Virus record (IMG/VR): IMGVR_UViG_3300037601_000088
Location: 1 to 64,000 of that record
Length of the DNA stretch: 64,000 bases
Origin: a virus
Taxonomy: Duplodnaviria; Caudoviricetes
Reading direction: 5' to 3' (one strand)
A program made the position numbers and the translations under genes. Within the stretch, counting starts at the first letter, position 1; each line of letters begins with the position of its first letter. The notes beneath the pieces were generated by a model. It searched no databases and was not told where the DNA came from. It saw nothing but the letters and a program-made list of their open reading frames with translations. This document shows, piece by piece, positions 47,520 through 56,495 of the stretch.

Positions 47520-48782
47520 AGATGTTTCAACTCTAAGCCGTTCGGGATCTGTGTTTTGCATGTGATTCCGAACGGCATTACTTAATTGCCATCCATCCTC
47601 AAAAACACGAGAAGAATAAGGGCTTTGTTCAGTTCCTGAATGGCAAGCTGACAAAGCAATTTGTAATGGTATAGCAGTATCTGCCCGATTTACCTGGAAT
47701 GTTTCAGTTTCTGATGCGCCTGTTATATTTCTGACAGTATCAATCATTTGTGATAATCTTGCCTGTTGACCAGATGAATTAGCTCCTGATGGAAAATTAA
47801 GGGCGCTTATAATTCCGCTTAAATTAAAAGATCCTGACATTGATGATGCATTAGCCATCGAAAATGATTGTGAGGCTGAACCATTGGTTGCTCTTGGGAA
47901 TGCAGCAATTCTTCGTGGCAATAGACTATTAATATCCGTATGATTTAAAGCTGTTGAGGATTCACCAAGCATTGTTTGACCAATCCAGCTAGGAGGCATC
48001 AATGTTGGATTTCTGGCAATAACATTCATTGGAATTCTTGCTCCCTCAGTCAATTCAGAAAGAAAATGACCAATTAGGGAAGAAGCGTCTGCGTTTTGAA
48101 GTCGGACAGAACCACCTCCTGAACCTGATAAACCTCCAGTTAAAGATCCAACTAAACCAGATAACATTCCGGCTAAATTAGAGAATGTATTATCATCAGA
48201 CTCTTCTTGATTATCTACAATATTAGAAGCAGTCTTTAAAAAGCGTGCGAATTTTTTAAGTATTGCTTCAACAGCAGAGGCAAGAAATGCAATTTTATAA
48301 AGATTTTGTACTGCTAATATTTCACCTGGCTTTAAAAGAAGATCTGGATTGTTCAAATCAGGTAAATCAATTACTTCAGAAATAAGTTTAAGGTCTTCAA
48401 TATCTTCAATTAAACAAAGAATAATAAGAAAATCCTCAGCCGAAGACTGACTGACATTTCCATATGATGCAATATATTTTGCTAATTTAACAATATCTTC
48501 CATAATTTCATCGGACAAACCATAATCTTCTTCAGTATTAGGACTTGTTTTTTTACGAACGGTTTTACCTGATCTTATACGAGAAAGCTGACCTGAAAAA
48601 TTGGCGGCAGTTGAAGCAGCCTGAAAAAAGCCATTTGTTCTACCATTTAATGTAAGATCCCCGAAGAAAGATGGTCTTGGCCCAAACCCCCTTTGAATTT
48701 GTGCCATTCCATCTGGATCTAACGAAATAGTATTATCAGATTGTTCACTTCTAGATTGATCTTGCTGAGCTCTTTCAGACAT
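47511..48782 (-). CDS. Putative baseplate/tail-associated protein
   Basis: 423-aa Ser/Gly-rich ORF in late operon downstream of gp5-like gene; no family recognised. Confidence 0.45.
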   Translation of the reverse strand: MSERAQQDQSRSEQSDNTISLDPDGMAQIQRGFGPRPSFFGDLTLNGRTNGFFQAASTAANFSGQLSRIRSGKTVRKKTSPNTEEDYGLSDEIMEDIVKLAKYIASYGNVSQSSAEDFLIILCLIEDIEDLKLISEVIDLPDLNNPDLLLKPGEILAVQNLYKIAFLASAVEAILKKFARFLKTASNIVDNQEESDDNTFSNLAGMLSGLVGSLTGGLSGSGGGSVRLQNADASSLIGHFLSELTEGARIPMNVIARNPTLMPPSWIGQTMLGESSTALNHTDINSLLPRRIAAFPRATNGSASQSFSMANASSMSGSFNLSGIISALNFPSGANSSGQQARLSQMIDTVRNITGASETETFQVNRADTAIPLQIALSACHSGTEQSPYSSRVFEDGWQLSNAVRNHMQNTDPERLRVETSLS

Positions 48783-49285
48783 TATTGATTTACAAACCTT
48801 TTTGTTTTCATATCATATAATAAAGGATGTTTTAATATTGTACCCAATTCAATACCAGAATAATTTTTAAACTCTTCATAATCATTAAGTATTATTTTAG
48901 TTAAATATTTATCTACATTATTAATATCACCTAGAACTGCTTCTTCAAATTGATTTTCAAATTCATCATTTGGTCTAACCCCCTCACCGGGTATACCACG
49001 ACCTCTTTGAGTAAAAAAACTATAAGGAACGATTTTATAACGTTGTGCTAATTTTCTCTGATCTAATTCTAGTATAATGTTTCCAAAATGACCAGATAAA
49101 GCATATTTTAGCGAACGAGTAAATGATATATTTCTTTTTTGTTTCTTATTATTAAGCATACGATGAAGATCGTATGTACCGCCTAACATCTTATTTTTTT
49201 TTAATATTTTGTAAACTCTTATAGTAGTTGTAGCATGATATAAAAATCCGCCTCTACCTTCTTCTAAATATTGTTTAAATGTCAT
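48782..49285 (-). CDS. ADP-ribosyltransferase-like protein with capsid-targeting-like leader (paralog B)
   Basis: MTFKQYLEE; LYHAT, ISFTRS, DQRKLAQRYKIVPY, QFEE. Confidence 0.55.
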   Translation of the reverse strand: MTFKQYLEEGRGGFLYHATTTIRVYKILKKNKMLGGTYDLHRMLNNKKQKRNISFTRSLKYALSGHFGNIILELDQRKLAQRYKIVPYSFFTQRGRGIPGEGVRPNDEFENQFEEAVLGDINNVDKYLTKIILNDYEEFKNYSGIELGTILKHPLLYDMKTKRFVNQ

Positions 49286-49774
49286 TTATACCCCACGAAA
49301 ATTCATTTCAATTACTGGGATTCTTTTTTTCTTAAGAAGATTTAAGAGTTCTGGTAAATCATCTTCATTATATGTTGGGCTATTATGAATATAAGCTCTA
49401 GTAATATATGAATTTACATTTCTAATGTCACCCAAAATAACTTCTTCATATTCAGTATTTCCAAGTCTATAGCTATTCCAAAAATTAAAAGGTTTTATTC
49501 TATAGTTTTGTGCTAGTTTTCTCTGATCAAACTCAAATACTACTATATTTTCTGCGTTTTCATAATTTTCAACAAATTTTATTGCGTATTTCAAACTTCT
49601 GGTGGTTGATACACATTTTTTTCCATAAAATGGGTGATCACGTTTTTCAAATGCTTCGTTTTTGGCTTGTAGAATATTACTCATTAATATACTACGGCCT
49701 CTATATAATGGAGTCCCATGATACAAAGGTGCCATACGTGATTCTTCAAGATATTCTTTAAAGGAGGAGCTCAT
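49286..49774 (-). CDS. ADP-ribosyltransferase-like protein with capsid-targeting-like leader (paralog C)
   Basis: MSSSFKEYLEE; LYHGT, VSTTRS, DQRKLAQNYRIKPF, EYEE. Confidence 0.55.
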   Translation of the reverse strand: MSSSFKEYLEESRMAPLYHGTPLYRGRSILMSNILQAKNEAFEKRDHPFYGKKCVSTTRSLKYAIKFVENYENAENIVVFEFDQRKLAQNYRIKPFNFWNSYRLGNTEYEEVILGDIRNVNSYITRAYIHNSPTYNEDDLPELLNLLKKKRIPVIEMNFRGV

Positions 49775-51627
49775 TACGTTCTTCTAACGCCTCTTCTAAC
49801 AAGATAATCAACACTAATACCTGCTGTTCTAGAACGGCATCTAGGATCACCACATGTTAATACTGAAGGGCTTCCACCTCCTCTAGAAGCTCTTAAATGA
49901 ACATGTGTTCTTCCAGACGTATTTCTTTCCAGGAATACTTGGTCAACTGGTAAATTATCACGAGCAAAGGCTGCAATTTCAGCGTGTGTTGTTAAAGATC
50001 TTGATTGAACAACTAAATCTATCGCTCTGCCTGTTCTATGGTTACTACTATTAGATCTATAAGCAGAAGTAATGATAACATCAGGAAATCTTTCACGGAT
50101 AGGATCTAATACATTATATGCCGCATAAATATGTTCCCGAACAATTTGTTCATAGATTGAAGATGGTATATTATGGGAATGTCTTGCATTAATAATTTCA
50201 CCTAATGTAAATCTACGGCTAATTAATGTACCAGTACTTCCTCTTGCTGGGACTGATATTCCAGGGTCTGACCCCTGAATACCATTTGGTCTATTCATTG
50301 GAGAAACTTCAGGAATTGATCCGTATGAATCTCTCTGTGGTGGATTTGTAGAACCTCTATTTGGTGATGAATATTCCTGATAAACTTCTTCTGCTTGAGG
50401 AGTATAATCGTGTGATACAAGATGAATCCCACCAGAATCTGCCGATTGCCGAATACCATTCATTGGATATTGTGGATATCTCCTAGCCGAAGTCATACTA
50501 TCAACAACATCGTTGACTTCTGGGTATTCTGCCGGTGTCGTATCTTCTATATTAGGACAACTTACTGTGCCAGAAGGACTAGATCCAATAGGTCCGGTTG
50601 ACCCAGATGGTGTTGGAGCAATCAATGTTCCTGTGGCAAGTGTGACCGTTGATCCAGAAACAGTAGAGGAAGACCCAGTTAGAATAGCTTCACCACCAGC
50701 ATGAAGATTTAACTCACCCTCTGAAGAAACTTTAGTATCTGGTGATGCTATATCAATCGAAGAAGCGCCAGATACTTTAGTATCACTATCAGAAACAAAT
50801 TGTGCTTCACCAACTGAACCAAAAATACCATCTCCTTCAGCAACAACAGTCATATTTCCTTTTGAATACTGACCAAAATTGCCTTCGGATTGTTGCGTAA
50901 TATTACCTGTTACCTGTAATGAAGAATCGCCTTCAATTCTTGAAGTATCAGCGCCACCAACATCTAAAATATTATCAGAAGAAACCTGTAAACGATTATC
51001 ACCTGCGACAACTTGTCGATTAATACCCCCTATAATTTCAACCTGATCTTGTGTAATATTTGTAGAAACGGAACCATCAATAGTTTGTTCTAATTGGTTT
51101 GCTGATATTTTTATTGCATCAGCAGTAATATTCATAAGCCCAGCAGCATTTAAATTTAGTGAGCCGGATGATTCAATACTTAAATTTGAACCACGAACAA
51201 CAACATCTCCAGAAGCAGAAAGATAGGCGTCGCCTCCTGGGGCTGATACACCAATACCTCTTCTTGAATTAGATGTAAGAAAGACAGAACCATCTGGATC
51301 TATTTGTAAAGATGCTCCTTCAGGATGGTTTAATGTAATAGTTTCTCCACCTGGACCACCATTAATTTGAACAGAAGCTCCAGATTCGGAAGTGTATCCC
51401 CATACTTGATTTGGAGTACCGGGGTTTACATTGGGAATACCATCTCCTGCACCGGTTAGAACGTGAGGACTTTCTTGTTCATCAATATAATGAGGGTTTT
51501 CTGGAGAAGTTTCAACTCGATTAACTGTTATAGGAACAGTAACAACTGGCCTTGCACCAGATTTACCTGTTCTACTGCCATAACTTGTTTGATTTTTATT
51601 GTATTCTCTACCTGGTTGTGTCGTCAT
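49774..51627 (-). CDS. gp5: Baseplate spike gp5-like protein with C-terminal M15 peptidase
   Basis: SESG......G.E.I.L.HP.G..L.I.PDG, V.G beta-helix repeats, ITSAYRS..SNH..GRAID...HVH zinc-peptidase motif. Confidence 0.7.
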   Translation of the reverse strand: MTTQPGREYNKNQTSYGSRTGKSGARPVVTVPITVNRVETSPENPHYIDEQESPHVLTGAGDGIPNVNPGTPNQVWGYTSESGASVQINGGPGGETITLNHPEGASLQIDPDGSVFLTSNSRRGIGVSAPGGDAYLSASGDVVVRGSNLSIESSGSLNLNAAGLMNITADAIKISANQLEQTIDGSVSTNITQDQVEIIGGINRQVVAGDNRLQVSSDNILDVGGADTSRIEGDSSLQVTGNITQQSEGNFGQYSKGNMTVVAEGDGIFGSVGEAQFVSDSDTKVSGASSIDIASPDTKVSSEGELNLHAGGEAILTGSSSTVSGSTVTLATGTLIAPTPSGSTGPIGSSPSGTVSCPNIEDTTPAEYPEVNDVVDSMTSARRYPQYPMNGIRQSADSGGIHLVSHDYTPQAEEVYQEYSSPNRGSTNPPQRDSYGSIPEVSPMNRPNGIQGSDPGISVPARGSTGTLISRRFTLGEIINARHSHNIPSSIYEQIVREHIYAAYNVLDPIRERFPDVIITSAYRSNSSNHRTGRAIDLVVQSRSLTTHAEIAAFARDNLPVDQVFLERNTSGRTHVHLRASRGGGSPSVLTCGDPRCRSRTAGISVDYLVRRGVRRT

Positions 51628-51633
51628 TTATCT

Positions 51634-52125
51634 TTAATACCAATTTACATTATAATATTCTAAATGTATTTTATATTTTTTACAGTATGTTTCTACTACA
51701 TATGCTACATTTTCTAACCATCCACTGCCATAAATCGCATCATGAACATTTCCTGGGAAATATATTGCTACGAGATATTTATTTAATGGTTTAAGATCTT
51801 TATATATTTCTTCTTCATATTCATTTCTTTTTTGTGCCTTAGTAAATCTGGTATGTTTTGGTTTGTGATCACCACCATCATGATCATTATACCAATTATA
51901 TGGCTTTATTTTGTATGTTTGTGAAATTTTATGTTGATCTAATTCTAAAAGTAAATGATGTATGTTTTGAACATAGCGTTTTGATCTAGAGAAACTTAAT
52001 GTTTTGAATTTAGGTGAAATTTTCAAAACATTATTGTTTAAAATTTCTTCAATATTTTCTAAACTCGTTCCATGGTACAGTGGAGCCATTCTAGCTTCTT
52101 CTAAGTATTGTTTAAAATTATCCAT
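51634..52125 (-). CDS. ADP-ribosyltransferase-like protein with capsid-targeting-like leader (paralog D)
   Basis: MDNFKQYLEE; LYHGTS, LSFSRS, DQHKISQTYKIKPY, NEYEE. Confidence 0.55.
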   Translation of the reverse strand: MDNFKQYLEEARMAPLYHGTSLENIEEILNNNVLKISPKFKTLSFSRSKRYVQNIHHLLLELDQHKISQTYKIKPYNWYNDHDGGDHKPKHTRFTKAQKRNEYEEEIYKDLKPLNKYLVAIYFPGNVHDAIYGSGWLENVAYVVETYCKKYKIHLEYYNVNWY

Positions 52126-52915
52126 TCTGAATTACATCTCTTGTAACAATATTTGTTTCATTGAATGTAAGGCTTAATTCTACAGAAACAGGAGCACCAT
52201 TCCAATATAAAACCATGCCATCTCCAGAAGAAGATTGAAAACTCATAGAACTAATAAACGATCTATAATATTTAGGTAAATATTCTGCAGTTGGACCCTG
52301 AAATTCTACAAATACAAGATCTGGATAGTCCAATGCATATCCTGAAAAGCTTTCTGCTGGATGCATTCTTTCTCGAATAGTTCCTACAATCCGATTAATT
52401 TCATTTGCTTCTTGTTCTGACCTAGCAGAAAATCTCCAGGTTAAATTATAAACCCTTAATTGAACCCCGTCAAAGAACGCAACCGTATGAGGGTTTTTAA
52501 TTACGCCCGCTGTAACTTGTGCAGCAGTAACCCTGTCATCACCGAAGCGGCCTGGAGCAAGAGCAATACCAGTTGCTATATCTTTGGCAGACAGGCTGGC
52601 ATATTCGCCTTGTGCGCGCTGTACGAGGTCCGATACCGAAGTACCTGAAACAGTATCAGTAAATGATTCTAAATTTCCAATAATACCTGCATCATATGAG
52701 TTTGATTTGATTTGATTTACTTCAGGAACTTGAACCGGCAGAGGCAGTGATATAGTGTTTGTGGTTCTTGATTGTATTTCATCTGCCGGCGTTGTTCTTG
52801 AATATTCCACAAATCTTAACATTGTAAAATTATCAAGCTGCTCGTTTAAAGGAAAGCGAGATGATCCTACAGAACTAGAAGCTCTTCTTGACGTTGAATT
52901 GGGGTCTGAACTCAT
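52118..52915 (-). CDS. gp48: Baseplate tail tube cap
   Basis: ISLPLP, NPH....F.GV.LR......F.ARS..EA..I..I, P...ELSLTF.E. Confidence 0.8.
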   Translation of the reverse strand: MSSDPNSTSRRASSSVGSSRFPLNEQLDNFTMLRFVEYSRTTPADEIQSRTTNTISLPLPVQVPEVNQIKSNSYDAGIIGNLESFTDTVSGTSVSDLVQRAQGEYASLSAKDIATGIALAPGRFGDDRVTAAQVTAGVIKNPHTVAFFDGVQLRVYNLTWRFSARSEQEANEINRIVGTIRERMHPAESFSGYALDYPDLVFVEFQGPTAEYLPKYYRSFISSMSFQSSSGDGMVLYWNGAPVSVELSLTFNETNIVTRDVIQNG

Positions 52916-52916
52916 A

Positions 52917-53453
52917 TTAGAAAAGATCCCTTAATTCTCTATCGATTTGTTTTAGATATTCATTTGATATAAGTTTGATATTTCTTTTAGCTTCATTTAG
53001 GCGAAATTCTTCTTCATGAATTGTTACCGCAGTCCAACCAGATTTTTCAATTTCATCAAGTGTATCATAAGTTTTGGGGGTCATTTTCCAGTTGCGTCTT
53101 GCTATATCAATTGAATTATTTCCGCCAATTCCTGTATATTCATAATGGTGTGTTGTTATTTTAGTATAAGGTATTGATTCATATTTGCTTTTTAAGTATG
53201 AGTAAAACTGATTTGTGTCCTTTAACCAGTCAGAATGAATGTCATAAATGTTATTGACAATACATACTAACCATTCATATTTGCTTTGACCGTAATAATC
53301 GTAAGCAATAGTATCTGGCATTTCGCCATCTTTTACTACGTAATCAAAAAAAATCTTATACTTAACAAGCAGGGAACGAATGATATCTGCTCTCGTTAAG
53401 ATATTTGTAGATAGTTTTTTATTGTATGTTATTTTAGGTAAAGCGTAAAGCAT
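52917..53453 (-). CDS. gp53: Baseplate wedge subunit
   Basis: Y.VKDGE.PD.IAY.YYG....W.V...N.IYD...DW, E...NE.KR.IKL. Confidence 0.9.
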   Translation of the reverse strand: MLYALPKITYNKKLSTNILTRADIIRSLLVKYKIFFDYVVKDGEMPDTIAYDYYGQSKYEWLVCIVNNIYDIHSDWLKDTNQFYSYLKSKYESIPYTKITTHHYEYTGIGGNNSIDIARRNWKMTPKTYDTLDEIEKSGWTAVTIHEEEFRLNEAKRNIKLISNEYLKQIDRELRDLF

Positions 53454-53514
53454 ACAAATATTTATGCTAAATTTTTATGAATTTAGAGTTATGCTAAGTA
53501 TGATTTAAATTTCA

Positions 53515-54192
53515 TTAAAATAAACCTTCCATGTTTTTGTATTCCCATGGATCAATTGTATAATCATTATTTCTAAAGTAATTATAAAGAGGATCAATAA
53601 GAACCGGTTCACGACCTCTCATCATAATATTTCCATAGTGTTGAAAATCCTTTAAGTTTCTATTCTTAACAAGAAACTTAGCTACATTAGCAGCTTCTTT
53701 ATTTTGTTCCGGTGGTTTAATAATCGTCATTTCATCATTTAATTCACCGTCTAAATACATTTCAGGGTCTATACACATATTAAAAAACTGAGTTGCGTAT
53801 GCTTTATGATCATAAGGAGTAAGTTTCTCTAATCTTACTGCAAACACATTATTATTAATTTTAATCACTTTACCTCTAATTTTAGGTAAATATTTATTTC
53901 CTCTATTATCTAAACAAAATTTAAGAAATCTTAAATATCCACCATCTGGGCCAAAAAGCTTAATCACATATTTTTTATTGGGGTGAGTAAAAACGGTTGA
54001 TTGTTTCCCTCCGCCTATATAACTAAACCCATATTTTTTGGCAACATCCAGAATATCAATTTTTGAAACAACATCATCATTTGACCAAGTGAAGTCTCTG
54101 GGGTTTCCTGGCCCTGGTTTATCATTGTGTGGTTTAAGACTATCCTTGAATTTTTTAATGAATTCAGGTTTAGACAAGTTTTCATTTATCAT
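53515..54192 (-). CDS. Protein kinase, T7 gp0.7-like (paralog 1)
   Basis: IGGGKQSTVF.HP, YVIKLF, D.GY..F..FC, PKI, DFQHYGNIM, LIDPL; start 54192 (MINE). Confidence 0.7.
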   Translation of the reverse strand: MINENLSKPEFIKKFKDSLKPHNDKPGPGNPRDFTWSNDDVVSKIDILDVAKKYGFSYIGGGKQSTVFTHPNKKYVIKLFGPDGGYLRFLKFCLDNRGNKYLPKIRGKVIKINNNVFAVRLEKLTPYDHKAYATQFFNMCIDPEMYLDGELNDEMTIIKPPEQNKEAANVAKFLVKNRNLKDFQHYGNIMMRGREPVLIDPLYNYFRNNDYTIDPWEYKNMEGLF

Positions 54193-54234
54193 TAATAAGC
54201 TCTTCAAATATTATTTCTTTTTTATTTTTAAAAT

Positions 54235-54297
54235 TTAAACCAATAGCCAATTTTGAATATATGATTCTGTTAAAAATTCTTTAAAAGTAGTATACAT
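54235..54297 (-). pseudogene. 20-codon mini-ORF consisting of a capsid-targeting-like leader
   Basis: MYTTFKEFLTESYIQNWLLV*, TAATG-coupled; resembles MSFKHFLTESNVQNW of the 54946 gene. Confidence 0.5.
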
Positions 54298-54965
54298 TAA
54301 AAAATTCCTTTGATATCATCAAGGTTTTTAGGATCAATTTTTTTATCCTTAAAATATCCAAACAAAGGATCTGTTATAACAATATCTCCATTAGGCCTTT
54401 TCATAAAATTATATACTATTGGATCTAATTTTAGATTATTGTTCATAAAAAATTCTACAACATTTCTGATATCTATAAGGTTTTTATTAGACTTTGTATA
54501 TTTTATAAGATTTTGATATGATGCATCAAAATTTTTACCTTTTTCCATAATATCAAATAGCATTTGAGCAAGAGATTCTATTTTTACTTTGTCAGTAGTA
54601 GGCAAATCTCCATATGGAATTAGCTTTTCTAATCTGACAGCATACATATAATTATTAATTTTAATTACTTTACCTCTAATTTTAGGCATGTAAGGATTCT
54701 TTTTATTATCCATACAAAATTTTAGATATTTCATATATCCGTAATCGCGAACAAACAATTTAATCACGTAAGGATATTTTGGATTTCCAAAAACAGTAGA
54801 TCTATATCCAATTCCTATTTTTTTAAATCCATATTGGCTCGCGAGTTCAATAAAATCAACATCAGATTCATCTATAGAATTTCTATTATTTCCTTCTTTA
54901 TCGGGGTATGCGTTGTTTCTTATATAAGAAATAAAGGATGGTTTTCTAAGTGTTTCTAATAACAT
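54297..54965 (-). CDS. Protein kinase, T7 gp0.7-like (paralog 2)
   Basis: IGIGYRSTVF, YVIKLF, PKIRGKVIKINN, AVRLEKL, LDP..YNFM.R, VITDPL. Confidence 0.7.
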   Translation of the reverse strand: MLLETLRKPSFISYIRNNAYPDKEGNNRNSIDESDVDFIELASQYGFKKIGIGYRSTVFGNPKYPYVIKLFVRDYGYMKYLKFCMDNKKNPYMPKIRGKVIKINNYMYAVRLEKLIPYGDLPTTDKVKIESLAQMLFDIMEKGKNFDASYQNLIKYTKSNKNLIDIRNVVEFFMNNNLKLDPIVYNFMKRPNGDIVITDPLFGYFKDKKIDPKNLDDIKGIF

Positions 54966-55923
54966 AACCTTTTCCTTTAATAAAGTGATATCCCGCTTTA
55001 TTTAAAGCATGCCACGCCCCAAATTGTTTACCTGGAGCCATAATATCTGCAACCTGTAAATCATATATTCCAGGTTTAATTAATATTTCTTTTTCATGAG
55101 AGTATTTAGTTTTTAATTCGGAAAAATCAAAAAGAATATCCTTTGAATTGAAATCTGCTTTGAATAAAATATTTGTATTCATTTTTTGATAAAAATTCCT
55201 AGAACTTCTTGCATCGGTTGACCAAGAAGTAGGATTTTTCAAATTAATTCTAATTATGTCATTCTTAAATAATCTGTTGTTAATTTTGCTTTTTTCAAAA
55301 AAATCTTCAAAATCGTAATGGCTGAGCTTAATTAAACGATATAATCTTACTTTTCTTTCAGGATATTGATAATTTCTTCTTAACCATTCAATTGTAGAAA
55401 TATCAAGAGAAGAGTTATGGTTTGCATAATCCAATAAGTCCATTTTTATTTTATTCGGCATATTGCCCATTGGTTCAGTTAAATGTGTTGTATTATCTAC
55501 AACCAGTTCGAAGTCATCATAATAATCATGTAAAATATGCTTTGATGTAAAAAGTGTATTTTTATTTCCATATTTTTCTAAGATACCAATGTAACCCATA
55601 CTTCTAATTTTTTCAGCAAAGTTAACATCAGATATTAATAAAGGTAAACTTGCCCATGTACCACTTCCAGGTGGTCTTAAATCGTTAAGTAATCTTTCGT
55701 GATCTTTTCTTTTAAGGTCAAAAATCTTTGCTCTTGTTTTCAGCTTATAAACATAATTAAATATGTCTGAATCTTGACTGGGTTTATTACGAAGTAAGGT
55801 TGGATTCTTAGAAAATAATTTATAAACATTTTTATTTCCACGAAGTGATTCTTCAAGTGTTTCATGAAGAGGTAAATACCAGTTCTGAACATTTGATTCA
55901 GTTAAAAAGTGTTTAAAACTCAT
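54946..55923 (-). CDS. R-S-E type ADP-ribosyltransferase-like protein with capsid-targeting-like leader
   Basis: MSFKHFLTE; RLYRL, PTSWSTD, HEKEIL. Confidence 0.65.
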   Translation of the reverse strand: MSFKHFLTESNVQNWYLPLHETLEESLRGNKNVYKLFSKNPTLLRNKPSQDSDIFNYVYKLKTRAKIFDLKRKDHERLLNDLRPPGSGTWASLPLLISDVNFAEKIRSMGYIGILEKYGNKNTLFTSKHILHDYYDDFELVVDNTTHLTEPMGNMPNKIKMDLLDYANHNSSLDISTIEWLRRNYQYPERKVRLYRLIKLSHYDFEDFFEKSKINNRLFKNDIIRINLKNPTSWSTDARSSRNFYQKMNTNILFKADFNSKDILFDFSELKTKYSHEKEILIKPGIYDLQVADIMAPGKQFGAWHALNKAGYHFIKGKGYVIRNT

Positions 55924-56495
55924 TTATTAACAAATCCTTTAGTTTTCATGTCATATAATAAAGGATGATTTAATATTCTAGAAATATTTTTAGTTTTATT
56001 TATTTGTTTTTGATTAATTGATAAAAATCTTTCATAATCATCAATAATAACTTTAGTTAAATACTTACTAAAATTTCTTAAAATTCGAATAACTCTTTTT
56101 TTATTATCAAACATCATTACAGGAGTTTTTCTTCCTATAACTCTTTCCTCTGACTGGTTTATAAACTCTTCATAATCGCCAGAAATCCTACTTTTGTCAT
56201 CAAACCAGTTAAAAGGGACAATCTTGTAATCATTTGTTAATTTTTGTTGATCAGCTTCAAATACAACTCTATAATATCCGAATGTAGTAAATTCATCATG
56301 ACCCATATAGTCTTTGGCAAAAGTTTTTGTATATTTGTATGATCTGGTGAATGATACACCCTGAGGATAACCTTGCCATGAATCATCTGCAATATGAAGA
56401 AAGTTTTTTTCTAGAATAGTTATAGCGTTTTCTATAGTTGTAGAATGATAGAAAGGGGCAGACCTTGATTCAGTTAAGAATTGTTTAAAACTCAT
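55920..56495 (-). CDS. ADP-ribosyltransferase-like protein with capsid-targeting-like leader (paralog E)
   Basis: MSFKQFLTE; FYHST, VSFTRS, DQQKL..DYKIVPF, QSEE; C-terminus nearly identical to paralog B. Confidence 0.55.
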   Translation of the reverse strand: MSFKQFLTESRSAPFYHSTTIENAITILEKNFLHIADDSWQGYPQGVSFTRSYKYTKTFAKDYMGHDEFTTFGYYRVVFEADQQKLTNDYKIVPFNWFDDKSRISGDYEEFINQSEERVIGRKTPVMMFDNKKRVIRILRNFSKYLTKVIIDDYERFLSINQKQINKTKNISRILNHPLLYDMKTKGFVNK

